64,000 bases of DNA from Phycisphaerae bacterium (GTDB taxonomy: Bacteria; Planctomycetota; Phycisphaerae; UBA1845), in NCBI GenBank assembly GCA_013360585.1, contig JABWBH010000001.1, forward strand, positions 65,820 to 129,819. The letters are read 5' to 3'. The position numbers were made by a program, and so were the translations under genes. The notes below the pieces were generated by a model. The model did not search any database. It was given only the letters and a program-made list of their open reading frames with translations, and was not told the DNA's origin. Shown one piece after another: positions 26,563-33,152 of this stretch. Position 1 is the stretch's first letter, and every line of letters starts with the position of its first letter.

Positions 26563-26746
26563 ACGTCGACTGCGGTTGCAGAAGCAGAATGACCGGGGCC
26601 GCCTTGAGCGCGGTCTTCCCGATCGTGGTCATCAGGGTTCGGCGCGTGGTTCCAGACCGGCCCCTGCCGCGGTCGTTGGCATCCGATGCGACCTGGGTGT
26701 CCTGGCCGTGGAGGGGTGCAGAATCAGAGTCAGGGATGTCTGACAT
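26537..26746 (-). CDS. Candidate precursor/substrate peptide (69 aa) ending in ...STYATSHVSS
   Basis: GGAG 7 nt before the ATG. GC3 about 74% by hand count. Acidic N-terminus, RR basic patch, hydrophobic core, hydroxyl-rich C-terminus. No homology evidence available. Confidence 0.4.
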   Translation of the reverse strand: MSDIPDSDSAPLHGQDTQVASDANDRGRGRSGTTRRTLMTTIGKTALKAAPVILLLQPQSTYATSHVSS

Positions 26747-26860
26747 CGGTGGCTCCGGTGTACGTGCGCCGGGGGACCACCCCGATCCGGCGATGCGGTT
26801 TTATCGGCGGGAACGAGGGGGGAGTCCGAATTCATGTCGGATGGCGGGGTGGTCAGCCAC

Positions 26861-26903
26861 TAAATTAAATTTTAGGAATAAAAGAAAATTTTTAATTTAA
26901 TTA
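26861..26903. promoter_or_regulatory. 43-nt AT island (3 G, 0 C) with a 9-bp inverted repeat in a divergent control region
   Basis: AATTAAATT (26863-26871) / AATTTAATT (26894-26902). The surrounding DNA is GC-rich. Confidence 0.4.
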
Positions 26904-26947
26904 CCCTCAGGCAAGCACTCTGGGTTTGCGTTTTTGCAATCCTCCCC

Positions 26948-26976
26948 TTGCAGCCGGCAGGTTGAGGCCTTATATT
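26948..26976 (+). promoter_or_regulatory. Sigma-70-type promoter for the 27129 gene
   Basis: TTGCAG (26948-26953), 17 nt, TATATT (26971-26976). Confidence 0.4.
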
Positions 26977-27128
26977 ACGTCCTCTTAAAGGTCTGGGAGG
27001 TGTATTTGCTCACTTCTCGGCTTGCGGGTTTTGTCCATAGTGGAAAGCGGACAGCACAGAGACGGGGAAAGTCACGCAATCATTGCTGATTCGTCGTGCA
27101 TCATTTTCGGAGGAGGAGGGGTTCGGAC

Positions 27129-27821
27129 ATGCGTAACGCGAAACTGATGGGTGCGGTTCTTCTTGCGGGAGCGGCCGCCCCGGCGATGGCGGGAGTGATC
27201 GTTCAAACCAAGACGGCCACGTTCCAGAGCGACCTGAACAACGACGTGATCCTGACGTTCGACTCGTTCGACACGCAGGGCGGGACGCTGATTCTGCAAA
27301 GCGTCCGCGTGGATGTTCGTCATGCCGGCGGCGCGATTCTCCGCGCTGACAACGACGACACGTTCCAGGGCGCGACGGTTAACGGCCGCATCATTCGCGC
27401 GTGGACCTTGACGGGTCCGGACGCTTTCGCCGCGGACAACGAAACGGTGACGACGCCGACGGTGGATCTGGGGCCGGATGACGGCGACGGGGCGGCCTTC
27501 GACGCGACGGGTCCGGACGGCACGGATTTCGGGTCGGTTTCTTACGGACCGGATTTCTCGGTGACGTTGAATCCGAATTCCGCCCTGTATGCGACGAACG
27601 GTGCGGGCACGGTGGACTTCACGACGGATGTGCTCCTGATGGTCAATGACCTTCAGTTTGTGGTCGAGCCGGATGTCTGGCAGCTTGAGGTTCAGGCGCC
27701 CTACCTCGATGTTGAGGTGAAGCTGACCTACGAGTTCACGGTTGTGCCGGTTCCGGCGGGAGTCTGGTTGGCTGCGTTCGGGCTTGGCGTTGCCGGCTGG
27801 ATTCGCAAGCGCATCGCCTAA
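27129..27821 (+). CDS. Secreted protein with VPxPA-CTERM (PEP-CTERM variant) sorting signal
   Basis: GGAGGAGGAGGGG RBS. Signal peptide MRNAKLMGAVLLAGAAAPAMA. C-terminus VPVPAGVWLAAFGLGVAGWIRKRIA (motif, TM, basic cluster). Confidence 0.75.
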   Translation: MRNAKLMGAVLLAGAAAPAMAGVIVQTKTATFQSDLNNDVILTFDSFDTQGGTLILQSVRVDVRHAGGAILRADNDDTFQGATVNGRIIRAWTLTGPDAFAADNETVTTPTVDLGPDDGDGAAFDATGPDGTDFGSVSYGPDFSVTLNPNSALYATNGAGTVDFTTDVLLMVNDLQFVVEPDVWQLEVQAPYLDVEVKLTYEFTVVPVPAGVWLAAFGLGVAGWIRKRIA

Positions 27822-27976
27822 GCAGCGGCGCTCTCGGGGGTTCTCTGAAAAGGGCGAGCTCCCGATCAATACACCGTTTCAGACCGCGGGGGGCTTTCCT
27901 CCGCGGTCTTTTCATTTGCCGCGGATGAGTGCGGGTTGCGGATGCAATTCGGCGCGGCGCGGTTACACTTCGGCTC

Positions 27977-28669
27977 ATGAAGTCGCATACACAACGTGGG
28001 TGGCTCCTGCTGCTTGCGGCGGGCGTTTCCGGGGGGGCGGCCGGTTGCGGTCGCGACGCCCGTCTCGCTGGGAAGCACATCCGGGATGTTCAGGTGCGCG
28101 CTGTCGAGCATTTCGGCATTCACCTTGACGCCGCCGCGAGCGTCGAGCAGGTGGTCGAGGTTCTGTTGCGGGCTCTGCACGCGGATGTAAACGCCCCGAC
28201 CCGGGCTGACCGGGACGCCGCGATCGACATCCAACTCGATGTTTGTGCGGCAGAAACACTCAACCGGCGCAAGCACGACGGGCAGACGCGCGAGGAGTGG
28301 TTGTATCAGGTCGTGTCGTCGTGGGCGGCGGCGGTGGCGCATTACCTGCGCGGCGATGAATCCCGCCTGTCCGCGGTGCTCGGTTCGGTGGTCGTGGTTG
28401 AGCATGAGGACGGCGGCGAACCCGTCGCGGAGGCGCGCCTGACCCTTGCGGATCCAGCGGACCCGAGGGGAGGCGTGTATGCGATTGTGCGGCTGGTGCG
28501 CGAGGGCGCCGCGGGCGACTCCGTCGCGGAGGCGGCGAAGTTCTGGCGCGTCTCGGGGATCTACTTTCAACCGGGACGCCGCCCCGCGCCCGCGCTGGAC
28601 GGGATCGCGGCGCGCGATGGCGCTTCCGACGTCCGACCTGCCGACGCCCCGTCGCGTCAAGGCCTGTGA
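27977..28669 (+). CDS. Hypothetical lipoprotein
   Basis: MKSHTQRGWLLLLAAGVSGGAAGC (lipobox AAGC). No recognisable domain. Confidence 0.55.
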   Translation: MKSHTQRGWLLLLAAGVSGGAAGCGRDARLAGKHIRDVQVRAVEHFGIHLDAAASVEQVVEVLLRALHADVNAPTRADRDAAIDIQLDVCAAETLNRRKHDGQTREEWLYQVVSSWAAAVAHYLRGDESRLSAVLGSVVVVEHEDGGEPVAEARLTLADPADPRGGVYAIVRLVREGAAGDSVAEAAKFWRVSGIYFQPGRRPAPALDGIAARDGASDVRPADAPSRQGL

Positions 28670-28818
28670 TCCGCGACAACCTCTCGCCCGGGGCGTCCGG
28701 GCGCTCAAAGACGCGAGCCGGGCTTGCAGGGGGCGCTTTGCCTTACGTGGCGATGACGCCTGCCGCCTGATGAGTCGCGGCGTGCGGCGCCCCTCGGACG
28801 ACCCGAGCACGCGATTGT

Positions 28819-29220
28819 TCAATGTCCCGGGACGATCGCCAGCCCTCCCGCGGTCCAGGCGCATTTGCGCGGCGAGCCTTTCGGGTAATCCACCTTGAGT
28901 CGTCGGCGATCGCGTCCGAGTTCCTCGATCTGACGGAGATCCACCGCCTCGCCCTGGCGAGCCAGGTTTTCCGCCTCCGCCGGGGTCAGCGGGAGGCGGT
29001 CCCAGTACTGCGGGTCGTCGCCGTCGATCCAGTCGACGAACTCGGTGAAGATCGAGACGAACATCTGGTGACAGTCGGGGCAGCGAAAAAGCGCGACGCC
29101 GAAGTGGGAGTCGTCCACGAGGTGGCCGCAGGGATCGAGTTTGTGACCCCACGCGGCTTCGGGGTCCGGTCCGAAGCAGCGCGGGCATCCGAACTCGCCG
29201 GTCGTCCGCGGCTCTGGCAT
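28819..29220 (-). CDS. Hypothetical Cys-rich (zinc-ribbon-like) protein
   Basis: CPRC...C.H...CPDC spacing in the first 55 aa; 133 aa. Confidence 0.5.
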   Translation of the reverse strand: MPEPRTTGEFGCPRCFGPDPEAAWGHKLDPCGHLVDDSHFGVALFRCPDCHQMFVSIFTEFVDWIDGDDPQYWDRLPLTPAEAENLARQGEAVDLRQIEELGRDRRRLKVDYPKGSPRKCAWTAGGLAIVPGH

Positions 29221-29278
29221 GTCTGATGTTCTTTCACGAAGACGTTGTCGTATCAGGGTCGTTGCACTGGAGGGCGCG

Positions 29279-29944
29279 TCATTTTGTGTGTGTTCGGCGG
29301 AGGAGCGCCGCCGCCAGCACCAGCAACGTCAGCGTCGCTGGTTCGGGAGTCAGCACGACCGTGTCCAGTCCGTTCACCTGGTTTCCACCGCGGTAGTCGC
29401 CCCGCAACATCAACTCCTCCAGCCCGCCAAGCACGAAGCGCATATCCGCCTCCGTCGCAGGAAGCCCGGTCTGCTCGTTTTTCCAGCCGGCGGTTTCGCG
29501 CAGGATCACTTCGTAAGAAGTCCAAGACTCGTTCGGCGTCTTCGGGTCATCGAACGAAAGCGTCAACGCCCCGCGCGTCAGCAGGACGTCCTGCTGCGTC
29601 AGATACATGTCGTTGACCGGCATTCCCTCCCCCGGAAGGGAAATCAGGTCGAAAGACAGCGATCCGCCGTATGCGGCTGAGACATCGCCGAGAAAGGCGT
29701 CCGGCGCCGTCCAGAACCACCGCTGCCCGCCGATCCGCTGATCGACGCCGGAAATGTACCCGCCGGGGTTCCCCCCGGTGTTGAGATGCTGCGGAACGAA
29801 AAGGTCTCCGCGAAAGAAAATCCGCCACCCTTCGTCCGTCTCATCGAACGTGCTCGTCGCGATCACGTCCGCCTGAGCGTCCACCGCCGTCGTCCCCGCC
29901 GCCAGCGCGCAGCCCAGCGCGCACGCCAACCCGCGATTCTTCAT
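29279..29944 (-). CDS. PEP-CTERM sorting-domain protein
   Basis: ATG at 29944 with GGAGG upstream. Signal peptide MKNRGLACALGCALAAGTTAVDAQA. C-terminus TPEPATLTLLVLAAALLRRTHTK is the classic PEP motif, TM and Arg cluster. Confidence 0.8.
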   Translation of the reverse strand: MKNRGLACALGCALAAGTTAVDAQADVIATSTFDETDEGWRIFFRGDLFVPQHLNTGGNPGGYISGVDQRIGGQRWFWTAPDAFLGDVSAAYGGSLSFDLISLPGEGMPVNDMYLTQQDVLLTRGALTLSFDDPKTPNESWTSYEVILRETAGWKNEQTGLPATEADMRFVLGGLEELMLRGDYRGGNQVNGLDTVVLTPEPATLTLLVLAAALLRRTHTK

Positions 29945-30193
29945 CGTTCCCGCCTCCGGTGGATCCGGTTCGACCGCGCCGACGCAACCCGCCTGAAACT
30001 TGGCGCGCGTCTGCCACGTGCGCCAAGCCGCCGGCGTCGTCCCGGCTCCTTGTAAGAAAGATCGGTCCGACACTTGCCGGGCATTCAGCGGATTCTTAGA
30101 GGATTCTCATCGGCTGATTGTGAAATTCACAGCGGGAGGCGAAGTTCCCGGCATTCAAGCCTCGGCGGCGCAGCAGGTTGCGCCCCGCCGAAG

Positions 30194-30940
30194 TCAGGAC
30201 GGTCGCATTCGGCGTTCGTGAAGCAGTTGGTAGAATGAATTCGCCGCGTCCAGCAGCGTCTGGTACTGAACCGGAAGTGCTTCCGTCCGCGGGCGATATG
30301 CCTCGAACCCGGTGGATTTTTCGACCGCCGCGTACCAATACTTCGCCCAGATTCCGTCCGTCGGGCGCGGTCCGGCAGGCCAGGTCAGCATCTCTTGTGT
30401 AAACGCGACCCCCAGCCGGTCGCACAGCGTGGACAGCATTTCCCGGGGATGCTCCAGCACATCTCGGGCGTCAAGGATCACCGGAGTCTGCCCGGTGCGT
30501 TGCTCCTGCCGACGCAGGATTTCGACCTGCTGAACCAGCCCCGTGTCCGCCAGCGTGATGTCGGGCGTGACCTTCACCAGCGAAAGCAGCATCTCCCGCG
30601 GGTCACGGATGAGAAACGCGTGGGTTAAGTGATCGAGCCAGGCGTCGTCCATCCCTGGCAGAAGGTGATGCGCCATGTGTTTCTGGAAAAAGATCGCCTT
30701 CCCCTGCGGGACAGGTCCGGTGAGCCAGGCGACGACCTTCCGCCAGTCCGTCTCGTGATGAGCGATCACCTCATCCCGTCCGGGATGGGGCAGCCCCGTC
30801 ACGGCGAGGTAGTGCGCGTAAAGGGGTTCATCGCAGACGAACGTGTCGGGGCGATTTCCCCAGGCGCGCATCATCGCGGTCGAGATGTTGCGGGGTCCGG
30901 ACCACATGGCGAGACGCAGGTTTTCAGATTTGTGGGACAC
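30194..30940 (-). CDS. Sulfotransferase-like P-loop protein
   Basis: N-terminal WSGPRNISTAMMRA resembles a PAPS 5'-phosphosulfate-binding loop; 248 aa. Family call is from recollection only. Confidence 0.5.
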   Translation of the reverse strand: MSHKSENLRLAMWSGPRNISTAMMRAWGNRPDTFVCDEPLYAHYLAVTGLPHPGRDEVIAHHETDWRKVVAWLTGPVPQGKAIFFQKHMAHHLLPGMDDAWLDHLTHAFLIRDPREMLLSLVKVTPDITLADTGLVQQVEILRRQEQRTGQTPVILDARDVLEHPREMLSTLCDRLGVAFTQEMLTWPAGPRPTDGIWAKYWYAAVEKSTGFEAYRPRTEALPVQYQTLLDAANSFYQLLHERRMRPS

Positions 30941-31095
30941 TTCGGGAGCATGTCGCGTTCTTCGGACGCTGGCAAGTCCTCTAACGGCGGCGGGTTAGGG
31001 GGCATTCCCTTCCCGCGGTCCAGGCCCGGGCTTCAGGGGTCCGACTCAGGGTCAATTCGGACGTTCCTGCTGATGCGGGGAGGATGCGTTGAGGA

Positions 31096-31125
31096 TTGAC
31101 GCAGCCGGTATCATCGCGGTATAAT
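31096..31125 (+). promoter_or_regulatory. Near-consensus sigma-70 promoter for the protease gene
   Basis: TTGACG (31096-31101), 18 nt, TATAAT (31120-31125), 110 nt before the ATG at 31236. Confidence 0.55.
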
Positions 31126-31235
31126 CCGCGCTGTCGTATTTCGGGCCGGTGTGACCGCAGAGGGGACGCGGTCTTCTCCTACCCCGCCGGTCCGGGGGCA
31201 TCTTCGGGGTCTTCTGTTCAGCGAGGAGAGGTAAA

Positions 31236-32594
31236 ATGAGGCATTGGGTGAAGGGAAAGGCGCTGCTGGTTGCGGTGCTGGCGGTGGTCGCGGGAACGGC
31301 GCAGGCGGACGATCTGAGTCATCCGACGGCGCCGCTGCCGCATGATGATGTCGATTATCGCGTGGACTCGGGGAATCAGGGCAACCCGAGCGATCAGGTG
31401 GAGATGGTCTGGTCGCACGTGGTCAACCTGCCCTCGTACGTTTCGATGCGGCTGCACTTCAGCCTTGTGTCTCTCGAGTCCGGCAGCGTCGTCCGCGTGG
31501 TGTCCGCGTTCGACAACGACGATCAGGTGTTCGATGGCGAGTTGTTCTCGGAGTGGTTCAACACGACCGCATACTTCAACGGCGACACGCTGACGATCGA
31601 GTTGTGGGCGGCGCCGGGGACGACGAACAACCGGATCGTTCTCAGTCACGTCGAAGCGGCCAAGTCACCGCACCCGATCGATGACGGGATGGGTCTGGGC
31701 GGCGGCGGACAGTGCGGGATTTGCGGAGCGGATGATCGGGCGCCGTCGGCGGTGGACTGGTCGGGCCGCATCATGAACATCGGCTGCACCGGTTCGGTCT
31801 ACAACACCGACTCCTGCGTGGTTTCGGCGGGTCACTGCCGCACGAGCGGGGTCATTCAGTTCCGCGTGCCGAACTCGAACAGCAACTGCTCGACGAACAA
31901 CCCGCCGGCGCTGGATCAGTTTCCGATCAGCGGCGGACAGTCGCGCAACAGTGGTGTCGGCGCCGACTGGTGGGTGACGACGACGGGGACGAACGGCGCC
32001 GGTCAGCGTCCGTATGATCGTTACGGCGTGTTCATGCCGATCGCGACCGCCGCGGCGAACACCGGACAACCCTGCACGATCAACGGTTACGGCGTGGATC
32101 AGACCTGCACGCGCAGTCAGACGCAGCAGCTCAGCACGGGCTCGATCACGTTCCGCAGCGGGTCGCACTACGAATACAACGCGGACGTCCGCGGCGGGAA
32201 CTCCGGCTCGGGTCTGATCGTCAACAACGCGATCGTCGGTATTGTGACGCACTGCAGCACGGGCTGCCCGAACTACGGGACGCGCCACGACAACGCCGAT
32301 TTCGCGGCGGCGCGTGACGCGGTGTGCCCGGACAGCGGCGGCGTCGAGTGCTCGAACGTGAAGCGTCTGAAGGCCCGCTGCCGCGACAACGGCGCGATCA
32401 AGGGCACGGTCATTCTGCTGGACAACAGCAACAACGGCGACACGGTGACGGTCAGCATCGACAACACGCTGGATCTCGTCATCACGGTGGTGGACAACAA
32501 GGCGAAGTTCAACGTCTGCTGCTACTCCGGAACGCATAACGTGTCCTTGAAGGATCCGTCCAACTGCGCGTCGACGAACGTGACCTGCCCGTAA
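31236..32594 (+). CDS. Secreted trypsin-like (S1 family) serine peptidase with N-terminal pro-region and Cys-rich C-terminal domain
   Basis: Signal peptide MRHWVKGKALLVAVLAVVAGTAQA. Catalytic-His context VVSAGHC and catalytic-Ser context GGNSGSG. Confidence 0.8.
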   Translation: MRHWVKGKALLVAVLAVVAGTAQADDLSHPTAPLPHDDVDYRVDSGNQGNPSDQVEMVWSHVVNLPSYVSMRLHFSLVSLESGSVVRVVSAFDNDDQVFDGELFSEWFNTTAYFNGDTLTIELWAAPGTTNNRIVLSHVEAAKSPHPIDDGMGLGGGGQCGICGADDRAPSAVDWSGRIMNIGCTGSVYNTDSCVVSAGHCRTSGVIQFRVPNSNSNCSTNNPPALDQFPISGGQSRNSGVGADWWVTTTGTNGAGQRPYDRYGVFMPIATAAANTGQPCTINGYGVDQTCTRSQTQQLSTGSITFRSGSHYEYNADVRGGNSGSGLIVNNAIVGIVTHCSTGCPNYGTRHDNADFAAARDAVCPDSGGVECSNVKRLKARCRDNGAIKGTVILLDNSNNGDTVTVSIDNTLDLVITVVDNKAKFNVCCYSGTHNVSLKDPSNCASTNVTCP

Positions 32595-32640
32595 TTCGGG
32601 GATCGCGGCGTCGCCCGACAAGGGCGGTCTGCATGAGATC

Positions 32641-32687
32641 GCGGCCCGGCTGATCCTTGTGTCAGCCGGGCCGCTCTTGTTCGCTTG
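32641..32687 (+). terminator. Intrinsic terminator after the protease gene
   Basis: Perfect 13-bp stem GCGGCCCGGCTGA (32641-32653) / TCAGCCGGGCCGC (32662-32674), 8-nt loop, T-rich tail TCTTGTTCGCTTG. Confidence 0.7.
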
Positions 32688-32853
32688 CGAAGCCAGGGCG
32701 GAACCGCAGAATGCTCAACTCGCCCGAGCGGCGCGGTTCATCGCGGCGAGCGATCGTGCGGGCTGAAGCCGCGCGGCTCGGAGGCGCGGTTCAGAAAGAA
32801 AAGGTTCGTCTTTCCGCGTTCCCCATCCTTGTCGATCGCGAGTTCGAGGAGGT

Positions 32854-33138
32854 TTGATTGTGCCGGTTGCACGCTTCACGCCGCACTTGCACCGCTTTTT
32901 TCCGTCGCTGCCGCGCGAGGGAGTCCGGGTAGACGGGGTGACGGTGCGCGAGGTTCTGAACGAACTCGATCGTCGTTTCCCCGGGCTGGCTGGATACCTC
33001 GTCGATGACGCCGGCGCGGTCCGGAAGCACGTCAACATCTTTGTCGGGAACGCACTGATCCGCGATCGCGTCGCCCTCTCGGATCCGGTTTCCGAAACAG
33101 CGGAAATCTTCTTCTTTCAAGCGTTGTCGGGCGGCTGA
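32854..33138 (+). CDS. MoaD/ThiS-family ubiquitin-like protein ending in Gly-Gly
   Basis: C-terminus ...FFFQALSGG. ~92 aa. GAGGAGG RBS at 32846-32852 favours the GTG start at 32860 over TTG at 32854. Confidence 0.6.
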   Translation: MIVPVARFTPHLHRFFPSLPREGVRVDGVTVREVLNELDRRFPGLAGYLVDDAGAVRKHVNIFVGNALIRDRVALSDPVSETAEIFFFQALSGG

Positions 33139-33152
33139 CGATCCGGCGCTGC

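Noticed and set aside
26632-26835. Alternative 67-aa ORF (MNSDSPLVPADK...) overlapping the candidate precursor in another frame
   Set aside because: No RBS, lower GC3 by hand count (~67% versus ~74%), and no signal or hydrophobic feature. It is kept only as an alternative should the 26537-26746 frame be disproved.
27866-29188. 440-aa minus-strand ORF covering the lipoprotein and part of the Zn-ribbon gene
   Set aside because: The Arg/Pro/Gly-rich translation has no signal or motif. The plus-strand lipoprotein (lipobox) and the separate minus-strand Cys-rich ORF in another frame are more plausible, although this region is the least certain in the window.
23973-30940. Conventional lasso-peptide biosynthetic gene cluster
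   Set aside because: No Asn-synthetase-like cyclase, no transglutaminase-like leader peptidase and no ABC exporter anywhere nearby. Only the accessory-type genes (PqqD, kinase, NTase, possible sulfotransferase) are present.
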